A DNA stretch of 64,000 nt, from positions 124,001 through 188,000 of the forward strand of contig JBEUKZ010000018.1 of the NCBI GenBank assembly GCA_048128005.1, read 5' to 3'. Below, in pieces: positions 24,232 to 36,481 of the stretch. How positions within the stretch are numbered: the stretch's first letter is position 1; each line of letters opens with the position of its first letter. The position numbers and the translations under genes were made by a program. The stretch is from Veleropilina oligotropha. Taxonomy: Eukaryota. The notes beneath the pieces were generated by a model. That model had not been told where the DNA came from, did no database searches, and saw nothing but the letters and a program-made list of their open reading frames with translations.

Positions 24232-26610
24232 TTGGTATAATGAATTGTACCAGGACACTGAGGTAATGTAATGTAATTCTATTTGTGTACATTGTAAACA
24301 CCCTTAGAATTTATTCCAATGTTATTCCTTTCTTAAACTTATTAAGAAATTGGAATTATCTATTCATACTGAGTTAATATGAAATTAATGCTCACATTGG
24401 ATGTAAACATTTATATTACGAAATCTTAAAAATGTTTTTTGTAAATAATATTATTTTTAAAATGTTCTACTTGCTGTCGCAGAACATTTCAATGTTCGTA
24501 CATTGAAAAATATTAATATTATTCTCTACTTAAAATTATTTAAGTAACATGTTATCATGTTGACATTTTGCAAGTTGGACATGCAAAATTTTTTATTATA
24601 AATTCAACATGAAGTTATTGCAATTTTCTTCAATCTATGAATAATTGTCACGGTTTTATAACACTATCAACCTGCCTAGGTTCGGGTGCCTCTAAAAACC
24701 ACGTCTTGCAGTTTTCTGTCTGCCGACCTTTGAGTCCGGAATATTCAGTTCACTGTCTTTGCTCAAGACACGAGTGCCTCAAGGTATACCTTCCGCACGG
24801 TGTCCGGAGCTACATGCACTTTCGTGTTACCTGTCCGACTAACATCCCTGGCGTGTTTTCCCAGATTTCTTGGTCGAAATCTCACCCCGGGGTAAGAGTA
24901 GATTTGATGCTCAGTAAAATCCACTCTGAGCGGACTCGATCTCAACGCTATAAGCGTCGTCTTCTGGTAACAAGTAAGTTTTTAATTTTGGTGTATGGAA
25001 CTTATAACTCCGCCAACCAAAGTTATTCTTGGCATTAGTAAGGACGTAAGTATATTTGATATAGATAGGAGGATTAAGAGTAATCCCCTTGTATCTATAA
25101 TAATATACTTACGTCCTTACCCACTTGGCCCACCCTGCTTCGCACCTCCCCTCTTATATAAGTTCTTTGCCTTGGGGTTTGCTAAAACTTCGGATGAGGT
25201 CTTGACCCTTGGTCACGAGGATCTCGCGGGAGTTGGCGAGCTCTTAATAGGCATGAACTGGAGGAGGTCGAGCAGGTCAGTGGGTCAACTGGGTTAAATT
25301 TACTAAAAAGTGCGAAATTACCATATCCACCTTGTCCGGATTTAGCGATAATAGGCTTATTATGGCATTAGTAAGGACGTAAGTATATTATTATAGATAC
25401 AAGGGGATTACTCTTAATCCTCCTGTTATCTACAAATATAATAAACACGGCATAAATTTTTTTAAATTTGCCTCATCGTGAGGTAGTCGCAAAATGGCGG
25501 GCGCGTTAACTGTGATTTGGGAGTGATTACATTCGCGGCTATTGTTACTCTCGTAACTGTCGAGAGTTGAATAAAGAACACAAAAGGTATTTAAGCTTAA
25601 TTGGGAGTCCTATTTCATTCAAAGGGTGGGACTTTACTGAAGTGAAATAAAACAAACAATTCAATTGACAATGCATCCACTGTTCAAATATGTGAAGGAA
25701 TGACATACTTTATATATACTTTTTCGCTGGTATTAGATACCATTTCTATTGTCGACCCAACACTAATTCTGAAAATCTGCACTAATCTTATTACATGTAT
25801 CGTGATGAAAGTTCAGCTTAGGCTATTTTTTTTTGGGGACTATTTTGGGACCATCGGGTTAGTCCCGCATTATAACCGATTCCTCGCTATACCGAGGTGC
25901 GTTGTATCGAGGCTGTCGTGTACTGATTAATGAACAGGCTTTCCCAGGTACCATGTATAAATGTTGACAGGGGTATTTCTGTTAATTATGAGTAATTTAA
26001 TATGCAGGCTGACATTTACGAACATCACAGGAATATGGATATATTCATGAAAAATAATCTTAATGGACAGAAAATTCATACTGATGCGTATGTCACGAAC
26101 ATTGTGCTAGAGTGGTCATCTCTGAAAGAGGGGCTCCTCCTCCTCCTCTCCAACATTATAAGATACATGTGGGAGAAGTGTTACTTGTACAAAATGTGAC
26201 AAGTTGATGTCATATGCTATGAATTAATCAAATGGACTGTTGTTACACTTTTTCAAGGTGATTATTGTCACAAAATAATTAAGACAATCAATGGTCTTAA
26301 GATATATTTAATAGAAAAATATCTTCCACAAAATATAGAATACACAATATGGCATAAGTTATGTCACCCTGTCAAGTTCTGTGACCTGAAAATATTGGAA
26401 ACATAATATATTTTAACTATAAAGAGTAAATTTTAATATTCATGAAGTACCATCAAATCTGTTATCCTGCTTCCCCAAGCGTTGATGGTCACTTGTCTAT
26501 TCTGAGCCCATCGCTTACCTATGGGGCCCCAAACTAAAACCCTGGATCAGCCCCTGACCAGTAAACATTTTTATCCCAATTTTGTTAAATGTCTTTGCTC
26601 TTATAATTAT

Positions 26611-27155
26611 TGTGTCCCCGGACAAGAGTCTGGGATAGTATGGTTTAGTCATCGTTCAGCCGCCGCAGAGATTTCTTGTGTACGCTCTACAGTGAAAAGT
26701 TCTAATCCGATTTGATTCAAATTTGGTATGCACGTTTATTCGTTAGTTATCTAATCCGATTTGATTCAAATATGGTATGCACGTTTATTCGTTAGTTATG
26801 ATGAGGACACGCCGCCTAACGATTGTCGTTATTTTCGGATTCTGGAGAGATTTCTTGTGCACGCTCTACGGTGAAAATATTTAATCCGATTTGATTCAAA
26901 TGTAGTTGCACGTTAGTTATGATGAGGTCACATCGCCTAATGATTGTCGTCGTTTTCAGATTCAAGATGGCCACCGTGGAAGCCATTTTGTTTGGAGAGA
27001 TTTTTTGTGCGTACTCTACAGTGAAAAATGTTAATCCAATTTAATTCTAATATATGGTATGCGCGTTAGTATGATGAGGACACGGCGCCTATAGATTTTC
27101 ACTTCCGTGGGAGGGATACCCCACCTCGGCTTTGTGGGTCCAGGATTTGCTGGTT
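26611..27155 (+). mobile_element. HINE-like element with degenerate tandem cores
   Basis: 5' hairpin (tccccggac...gtctgggat), repeated gagatttcttgtg..cgctctac.gtgaaaa..taatccgatttgattcaaa units and a 3' hairpin. Confidence 0.55.
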
Positions 27156-27241
27156 TATACATGTTTAGAAATTTCTCACAAGAAAATGGTTTCCTTTATT
27201 GTACACACTAAACTGTTTGGTTTTCTAATTTTCTCCTTCAG

Positions 27242-27412
27242 AATGACGACGACGAAGAAACTAGCTTCACCACGATCTTGTCCTCCACTCAAACTTACGA
27301 TAATGACAACGCTGACTTCAATGCAGATCTGGCCACTGGGTTTAAGGGCCAGTACTACAAGAACGCGGGCATGTCTGACGAAGACGACTCCATATACGAG
27401 GAGGTGTCAAAG
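27242..27412 (+). CDS. Host gene coding exon (acidic, NDDDEETSF...DEDDSIYEEVSK)
   Basis: Acceptor ttttctccttcag and donor aag|gtagat. 171 nt = 57 open codons, phase 0/0, GC-richer than the flanks. Confidence 0.8.
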
Positions 27413-27502
27413 GTAGATAATCATGATTGCGACTTTTGTTTGCGTGAAGGTCCAGGGTTTCCGTTGACTTTTCCCTTGATCGCTGCCTCCATTCCACACA
27501 GC

Positions 27503-27766
27503 GGCTGCTTCGGTAGCGCAGTGGGTAGAGTGTCCACTCTAACTTCACTGGCTTGTTTCCGCTGACGCGAACAGTAGTGGGATCGACCCCCGGCTGAGGC
27601 AGCACACATTTGTTCAAGTTATGAAGCACAGTTGTCCGTGACTGGCCGAAGAGGGCGGGTTTACCCGGGCGACCGGGGTTTCCTCCCGCGATAACACGGA
27701 CATGTCCTGCCTTGAACCTCGATGTTATAAATATACAGGACATTAAGCATAATTCCTCCCCCCCCC
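27503..27766 (+). mobile_element. tRNA-derived SINE
   Basis: Pol III A box TAGCGCAGTGG, B box GGATCGACCC, C-rich tail and a 14-bp TSD ccattccacacagc (27489-27502 and 27767-27780). Confidence 0.92.
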
Positions 27767-28080
27767 CCATTCCACACAGCACCAATTACCCTCATCATTA
27801 AAAAAGTTGTTTGACTCGATTTATGACTGTTGGCTTAGCCGTTAAACGTCAATTAATGATCATATTTTATTGTATATGTGGTGCAATATCCGAGTTACTG
27901 TTTACTCGACAAGGGAGACAACTCTTATCGCCGTCGCTTATAAAATATTTAGTAATTTTTTAGAAGACGATTTTAGTAATGCAACATTTGAGTGACGCAT
28001 GTCGGATACTGGGTTATTAGGATGGATGGCGTCATGCAAGTTCTATTACTGTGGCTGACCAGACTAATTTTAATACTTAA

Positions 28081-31000
28081 CCCATTCATCATGGCTTGAC
28101 CAGGCAGAAATGATGTCACTTAATTAAATTCACCATGACATCCCTAGTAGTTACTGTTAGGTTAATAAATTATATCTACCTGATCTCATCTGTAGTTAGT
28201 GAGTAAAACAATTCAGCTAAATATATATATATTTCGATCATAAAAATATATAGTTTTCCATAAAATTATTCAATAGAAACAGTTGATATCACATACGATA
28301 TATGATGACTAAGTGTGGGATTCAGCCAGCATATTCAGTGTATACTGCTAGTGTTGTCTGAATACTCGGATTCAGCCAGCATATTCAGCGTATACTGCTA
28401 GTGTTGTCTGAATACTCGGATTCAGACAGCATATTCAGTGTATACTGCTAGTGTTGTCTGAATGCTCGGATTCAGCCAGCATATTCAGCGTATACTGCTA
28501 GTGTTGTCTGAATACTCGGATGCAGCCAGCATATTCAGCGTATACTGCTAGTGTTGTCTGAATACTCGGATGCAGCCAGCATATTCAGCGTATATTGCTA
28601 GTGTTGTCTGAATACTCGGATTCAGACAGCATATCCAGTGTATACTGCTAGTGTTGTCTGAATACTCGGATGCAGCCAGCATATTCAGCGTATACTGCTA
28701 GTGTTGTCTGAATACTCGGATGCAGCCAGCATATTCAGTGTATACTGCTAGTGTTGTCTGAATACTCGGATTCAGACAGCATATTCAGCGTATACTGCTA
28801 GTGTTGTCTGAATACTCGGATGCAGCCAGCATATTCAGCGTATACTGCTAGTGTTGTCTGAATACTCGGATGCAGCCAGCATATTCAGTGTATACTGCTA
28901 GTGTTGTCTGAATACTCGGATTCAGACAGCATATTCAGCGTATACTGCTAGTGTTGTCTGAATACTCGGATTGAGACAGCATATTCAGTGTATACTGCTA
29001 GTGTTGTCTGAATACTCGGATGCAGCCAGCATATTCAGTGTATACTGCTAGTGTTGTCTGAATACTCGGATTCAGACAGCATATTCAGCGTATACTGCTA
29101 GTGTTGTCTGAATACTCGGATTCATCCAGCATATTCAGCGTATACTGCTAGTGTTGTCTGAATACTCGGATGCAGCCAGCATATTCAGTGTATACTGCTA
29201 GTGTTGTCTGAATACTCGGATTCAGACAGCATATTCAGCGTATACTGCTAGTGTTGTCTGAATGCTCGGATGCAGCCAGCATATTCAGCGTATACTGCTA
29301 GTGTTGTCTGAATACTCGGATGCAGCCAGCATATTCAGTGTATACTGCTAGTGTTGTCTGAATACTCGGATTCAGACAGCATATTCAGCGTATACTGCTA
29401 GTGTTGTCTGAATACTCGGATTGAGACAGCATATTCAGTGTATACTGCTAGTGTTGTCTGAATACTCGGATTCAGACAGCATATTCAGTGTATACTGCTA
29501 GTGTTGTCTGAATACTCGGATTCAGACAGCATATTCAGTGTATACTGCTAGTGTTGTCTGAATACTCGGATGCAGCCAGCGTATTCAGTGTATACTGCTA
29601 GTGTTGTCTGAATACTCGGATTGAGCCAGCATATTCAGTGTATACTGCTAGTGTTGTCTGAATACTCGGATTCAGACAGCATATTCAGTGTATACTGCTA
29701 GTGTTGTCTGAATACTCGGATGCAGCCAGCATATTCAGCGTATACTGCTAGTGTTGTCTGAATACTCGGATTCAGACAGCATATTCAGCGTATACTGCTA
29801 GTGTTGTCTGAATACTCGGATTCAGCCAGCATATTCAGCGTATACTGCTAGTGTTGTCTGAATGCTCGGATTCAGACAGCATATTCAGTGTATACTGCTA
29901 GTGTTGTCTGAATACTCGGATTCAGACAGCATATCCAGTGTATACTGCTAGTGTTGTCTGAATACTCGGATTCAGACAGCATATTCAGCGTATACTGCTA
30001 GTGTTGTCTGAATACTCGGATTCAGACAGCATATTCAGTGTATACTGCTAGTGTTGTCTGAATACTCGGATTGAGACACCATATTCAGTGTATACTGCTA
30101 GTGTTGTCTGAATACTCGGATTCAGCCAGCATATCCAGTGTATACTGCTAGTGTTGTCTGAATACTCGGATTCAGACAGCATATTCAGTGTATACTGCTA
30201 GTGTTGTCTGAATACTCGGATTGAGACAGCATATTCAGTGTATACTGCTAGTGTTGTCTGAATACTCGGATTCAGACAGCATATTCAGTGTATACTGCTA
30301 GTGTTGTCTGAATACTCGGATTCAGCCAGCATATCCAGTGTATACTGCTAGTGTTGTCTGAATACTCGGATTGAGACAGCATATTCAGTGTATACTGCTA
30401 GTGTTGTCTGAATACTCGGATTCGGCCAGCATATTCAGTGTATACTGCTAGTGTTGTCTGAATACTCGGATGCATCCAGCATATTCAGCGTATACTGCTA
30501 GTGTTGTCTGAATACTCGGATTCAGACAGCATATTCAGTGTATACTGCTAGTGTTGTCTGAATACTCGGATTCAGACAGCATATTCAGTGTATACTGCTA
30601 GTGTTGTCTGAATACTCGGATGCAGCCAGCATATTCAGTGTATACTGCTAGTGTTGTCTGAATACTCGGATGCAGCCAGCATATTCAGTGTATACTGCTA
30701 GTGTTGTCTGAATACTCGGATTCAGCCAGCATGTTCAGTGTATACTGCTAGTGTTGTCTGAATACTCGGATTCAGACAGCATATTCAGTGTATACTGCTA
30801 GTGTTGTCTGAATACTCGGATTCAGCCAGCATATTCAGTGTATACTGCTAGTGTTGTCTGAATACTCGGATTCAGCCAGCATATTCAGTGTATGCTGCTA
30901 GTGTTGTCTGAATACTCGGATTCAGCCAGCATATTCAGTGTATACTGCTAGTGTTGTCTGAATACTCGGATGCAACCAGCATATTCAGCGTATACTGCTA

Positions 31001-32080
31001 GTGTTGTCTGAATACTCGGATTCAGCCAGCATATTCAGTGTATACTGCTAGTGTTGTCTGAATACTCGGATGCAGCCAGCGTATTCAGTGTATACTGCTA
31101 GTGTTGTCTGAATACTCGGATGCAGCCAGCGTATTCAGTGTATACTGCTAGTGTTGTCTGAATACTCGGATTCAGCCAGCATATTCAGTGTATACTGCTA
31201 GTGTTGTCTGAATACTCAGATGCAGCCAGCATATTCAGTGTATACTGCTAGTGTTGTCTGAATACTCGGATTCAGCCAGCATATTCAGTGTATACTGCTA
31301 GTGTTGTCTGAATACTCGGATTCAGCCAGCATATTCAGCGTATACTGCTAGTGTTGTCTGAATACCCGGATTCAGACAGCATATTCAGTGTATACTGCTA
31401 GTGTTGTCTGAATACTCGGATTCAGCCAGCATATTCAGCGTATACTGCTAGTGTTGTCTGAATACTCGGATGCAGCCAGCATATTCAGCGTATACTGCTA
31501 GTGTTGTCTGAATACTCGGATGCAGCCAGCATATTCAGCGTATACTGCTAGTGTTGTCTGAATACTCGGATGCAGCCACCATATTCAGTGTATGCTGCTA
31601 GTGTTGTCTGAATACTCGGATTCAGACAGCATATTCAGTGTATACTGCTAGTGTTGTCTGAATACTCGGATTCAGACAGCATATTCAGTGTATACTGCTA
31701 GTGTTGTCTGAATACTCGGATTCAGCCAGCATATTCAGTGTATACTGCTAGTGTTGTCTGAATACTCAGATTCAGCCAGCATATTCAGTGTATACTGCTA
31801 GTGTTGTCTGAATACTCGGATTGAGACAGCATATTCAGTGTATACTGCTAGTGTTGTCTGAATACTCGGATTCAGCCAGCATATTCAGTGTATACTGCTA
31901 GTGTTGTCTGAATACTCGGATTCAGCCAGCGTATTCAGTGTATACTGCTAGTGTTGTCTGAATACTCGGATTCAGCATGCATATTCAGTGTATACTGCTA
32001 GTGTTGTCTGAATACTCGGATTCAGCCAGCATATTCAGTGTATACTGCTAGTGTTGTCTGAATACTCGGTGATGAAGGAG
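28081..32080. mobile_element. Non-autonomous piggyBac-like element containing the 50-bp satellite
   Basis: TTAA at 28077-28080 and 32081-32084. Imperfect TIRs: cccattcatcat and ctccttcatcac (reverse complement of the right end). Confidence 0.6.
28318..32069. repeat. 50-bp satellite, about 75 copies, hairpin-forming unit
   Basis: Unit ttcagccagcatattcagtgtatactgctagtgttgtctgaatactcgga, with internal inverted repeats (tattcag/ctgaata; cagtgtatactg). Confidence 0.98.
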
Positions 32081-32268
32081 TTAAAATTAATAGAAGTTAT
32101 GGCTTGATAACCATTGATAACCAATTGATTGGAGACATTAAACCGAGGCTCCAAGTACAATACGACTGAAATATTGTCCATAAAACTAAACTGATTCATA
32201 TGATATAAAATCTCGTAATTAAGCTAGTAAGGAGTAAATTAACGTTGTATATTATGTCACCGTTTCAG

Positions 32269-32413
32269 GCGAGTGATGCCCGACACGTGACCCTGGCGAG
32301 CAATGCCCGACGAGTGACCCTGGAGATGAAAAGTCGGGAGAAGCGGTTCGGCTTCTCCGTTATGGGCGGCACTGATGAGGGTTTCCCTCCGAGAATCGAT
32401 GAAATCGCGGCAG
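32269..32413 (+). CDS. PALS1: Host gene coding exon, N-terminal half of a PDZ domain; probable Stardust/PALS1 (MPP5)-type MAGUK
   Basis: Acceptor cgtttcag and donor CAG|gtaaga (phase 1). Encodes ...RRVTLEMKSREKRFGFSVMGGTDEGFPPRIDEIAAG, with the PDZ carboxylate-binding loop (RFGF) and betaB-betaC. The gene name rests on the 54542 exon and is recalled, not searched. Confidence 0.7.
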
Positions 32414-32445
32414 GTAAGATGTCACAAAAATGCATCTTAATTATT

Positions 32446-33354
32446 ATGTCTCCCCATCCCTGTGGGGAGACATACTGTTTTTGTATCGTCCGTCTGTCCG
32501 TCTGTCCGTCTGTATGTCTGTCCGTCTGTCCGTCTGTCCGTCCGTCTGTCTGTCACACTTTGGTTTCCGGACGATAACTACCGTTTCCTTTGAGCGATTA
32601 TGCTCATATTTGGTACACAGGTTGCTTATGAGGAGAGGTCCCTTGGGATTGCTTTTCAGGGCGGTACGCCAAAGGTCATGTGATCTGCGACCAAAAATAG
32701 ATTTTGACTCAGATTTGGTTTCCAGACGATAACTACTGTTTCCTTTGAGTGATTATGCTCATATTTGGTACTCGGGTTGCTTATGAGGAGAGGTCCCTTG
32801 GGATTGCTTTTTAGGTCGGTACGCCAAAGGTCATGTGATCTGCGACTAAAAATAGAATTTTGACTCAGATTTGGTTTCCAGACGATAACTAACGTTTCCT
32901 TTCAGCGATTATGCTCATATTTGGTACACGGGTTGGTTATGAGGAGAGGTCCCTTGGGATTGCTTTTCAGGTCGGTATGCCGAAGGTCATGTGATCTGCG
33001 ACTAAAAATAGAATTTTGACTCAGATTTGGTTTCCAGATGATAACTAACGTTTCCTTTCAGCGATTATGCTCATATTTGGTACACGGGTTGGTTATGAGG
33101 AGTGGTCCCTTGGGATTGCTTTTCAGGTCGGTACGCCAAAGGTCATGTGATCTGGACTAAAAATAGAATTTTGACTCAGATTTGACCAGTCTTACAACCT
33201 GATCGAATGCACGTATTGCTTATATGAAAAATGAACTCGCAACTGTTTTCAGTTGCAAAACTGATTGTGACTAGAAGTTGCCAGGATATTCCTTTTACAC
33301 TTCTATTCAAATAGGGGAGACATTCCTGTTATTGTGGACAATAACAACATCTAG
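32446..33354 (+). mobile_element. Helentron-associated non-autonomous element (HINE / DINE-1 / Pearl-like)
   Basis: 5' hairpin atgtctcccc...ggggagacat, (GTCY)n microsatellite, ~4 tandem ~156-bp cores, 3' subTIR ggggagacat, 3' hairpin tgttattgt...acaataaca and a ctagtttt end. Confidence 0.8.
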
Positions 33355-34439
33355 TTTTTAACTGATATCCTCCTGGAGGCAAATCTTTATATAGTTTATT
33401 TTGTTGTCAGAAAATGCACCTTGTTTAATAGGATGATAATTATATCAGGTCTTATAGTGGGTGCTTTCAATATTACTGCCTTCAACGGGTGATCGATGAA
33501 ATATTTACCAGATATTCTGGCAATATAATACAGAAATGTTCCAAGATGATCCATAATGACACACACGACAATGAACTAGAGTTAAAATAATATCAATTAG
33601 TCCGTGTGTCTATAGTCGTCTGTTACGTAAACTTCATTCCTTTAAGACAATTCTTCAGAAACTTGCAAAATGAATGCAAGGTCATACATACACGTACCAC
33701 CGTGGCGCCGCATACAATATGCATATTTGTTCTATCTATATGCAGCAGCCTAAGTGTCTGAACTCTAATCACACCAATTGCAGAATATAGAATTATAGAC
33801 TTGTCAAGAATCACACTCTGAAATCTTCAACTAAACAATATATTATTTATGTTAGATATGATTACCCCTAATCTAAATCATAAACAAAAGATATTTTTAG
33901 ATACTTTAATAATTAGTATCTTGTTAAAATTATTTTATTCATCTTTATGGTTCATATAGGTATTAGTTTCTGGATGATTAGTCATATTTGATTAGCCTGC
34001 TAACATTTGTGGACGCTCCACTCTCTAACCACACAAATCAGTCCTGGTCTCGGCCGCCTGACAATATGTATGGGGACTCCTCCATGTGATATTTCTTAGT
34101 AGTATGACAGGCTGAGTTTTCTATATGTGTCCAGCTTATCCAGGAGATTTGTCTCTCCTTATTGCAGTCAGCAAACAGCAGACAGATAATGATGAACAGA
34201 TAATTTATTTTACATCAAGGATATATTCATTACTCATTATAAACATTTTAAGTATAAAAAGTTATAATTAAAATTAAGTTTCTTACGATGACAGTAGTTT
34301 ATACAGCAAAAATCACGACACGTTTGGAAAAGGTGGGCATGATTGATTTTCATCTAGAAAGAACGAATAGTCGGATGAACTGCTGAATGGATGGACAACT
34401 GGACGGTCAGTGAAACTTCTGGAGGTGGTGCCCACCTAA

Positions 34440-35365
34440 CGAGTTATAAATCTTATTATCTTACTTTAGCTGTTAATACTGCAATCTGATTGGTTAACGT
34501 TCCTTCGACAATTACCGTATTCCCCACCCAGGCGGGGTATATGAATTATTTATACCTTACGTAGTTGTGTGTACTATTGTGATTTGGAGCGCCCTCGAAG
34601 ACAACGGAGATAATTGTGAACATGTCGTCTGCCAAAACATCAATGCAAATGTTAAGTCTTGGAATCGTCCGTCGTTTCGAAAATTTTGCATTAATTTCAT
34701 TTTATAGTCGTAACGGTTTACACTTTTGACATTTTCATGTAAAATTAATATCCAATTATCCTTATTTAGCTAATTTGGATGTTTACGTAGACTTCCTATT
34801 ATTCTCCTGCGCAGAGACGTCATTTCTTTATCGTACTGTACGGAGTATTCTTAATTTCTCTGCCTGGAGAGTGACGGTTGCTAGGCATTATTATTTCGTT
34901 CTAATGGGCGCGTCACAATATCTTCAATATTTTATATAATGTATATTGGTATGGATGTATTTGCCACAAACATACTTTGTATATTTTTCAATAATCATGC
35001 CAATTATGCTAAAATATCACAGTTATAACGGAAGGAATATTTTTTATATTGAACACAAGTTTTACACATGATCTTCGGCAGAGCTGAAAACATTATTTTA
35101 GGAACACGTTTTTTCGTAACAACAATAGCATATATAAAATGGATTCTTTCACGGAGTTACGAAGTTGGAAAAGAAACTTGTTCAAAAGGCTTGATTTTAT
35201 TATATTGAAGTAAGATAAATTCGTTGTCGGCATAGCCCTCGTGAAATATGGGTCTATGTACCGTTTGTGAGAATTTATTAACCTCGACTTCGTCTCGGTT
35301 AATAAATTATCACAAACAGGTACATAGACCCATATTCCCCTCGGGCAATGCCGACAACTTATATT
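34440..35365. mobile_element. Non-autonomous repeat ending in a ~140-nt hairpin (possibly Crypton-like)
   Basis: 35224-35358 is a long imperfect hairpin (gttgtcggcat...aatttattaacc-tcgacttcgtctc-ggttaataaatt...atgccgacaac). The class assignment is an inference. Confidence 0.4.
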
Positions 35366-36481
35366 GTTACTGATATTCCTACTGCATCCCTGTACATCTG
35401 TGCATTTAACCGATAAATTCACATTGAAATCAAAATGCGCAAGAAAGGAAAGGATCGATGCTTAATGTCCTGTATATCTATATCAAATATACTTACGTCC
35501 TTACTAAAGCCATAATAAGCCTATTATCGCTAAATCCGGACAAGGTGGAAATGGTAATTTTCGCACTTTTTAGTAAATTTAACCCAGTTGACCCACTGAC
35601 CTGCTCGACCTCCTCAAGTTCATGCCTTATAAAGAGCTCGCCAACTCCCGCGAGATCCTCGTGACCCAAAGGTCATGACCTCATCCGAAGTTTTCCGCCA
35701 TCTTGTGACAAGTCGCGTTTTTCTTTGCTCCATCATCTGATGTGAATTCGATCTATTTAGAGCCAGATTTATTAATCATTAAGCTCATAAGATCGAGTGT
35801 AGTGTGTTAAACACGTGTAGTGGGAAAGTTGAGAGTTTTCCTCCTGAATAAGCCCTTAGAGGTTTTCCTGTCGAGTACAGACAAAAACGGAAATCAACAC
35901 CCTCCACTGACGACGCCATCTTGAAATTCTGAAAGAAAAGTAAAGAGGACGCTCAGAGGGATATTTAAAGAAGGAAGCTCCTTAGCAATTACTAAGGAGT
36001 CAGGAGAGAGTTGTATTATTGATATTGCTTGAATTTGTATTACAATTCATTTATATATGCGATAATTTCCTCAACGACGTGTTTCTTGCTATAAATTTAT
36101 GTAATCAAATTTATCGTCGTTGAAAAGCAGATTGTTTAGAATTTAACTAGCGTTATTTTGGTAAATCTGCTAAGTCGGGGATAACACGCCGAATTCTAAC
36201 AAATTGATATATATACATCCAAGAGGTTTTTAGGTGTGAAGGGCGGTTTCTTGTAAAAGAAAGACCTCCCGTTTCTCAATTCGTTGGCCGACTTGTGTTA
36301 AAACGTTTATCAAAGTCGGTGTTTTGGGCGTATAATCCGCCGGAGGTATTAAGCGTATTTCAGCCTTTTCCAACTCTCGGATCAGGTACAATCGAGGTTG
36401 TAGTAGTATTTTGGTAAACTACCCGTAGAAATACCCTTATCACTTCATACCCCTATCTCCTACCTACCCGTGTACGTAGCT

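Larger units (their letters stand above)
17999..25423 (+). mobile_element. DIRS1-type YR retrotransposon, family B copy 1 (B1)
   Basis: ITRs ~18011-18214 and 25184-25389, ICR 25030-25120, gag/pol/YR, no TSD. The circle junction and target share only CT. Confidence 0.97.

Noticed and set aside
24637..25038. 133-aa extra ORF in the B1 3' region
   Set aside because: The frame is broken by indels and stops in B2, A1 and A2, so conservation is at the nucleotide or structure level.
28318..32069. CRISPR-like array of palindromic repeats
   Set aside because: Units are contiguous with no unique spacers, there are no cas genes, and the context is a eukaryotic intron.
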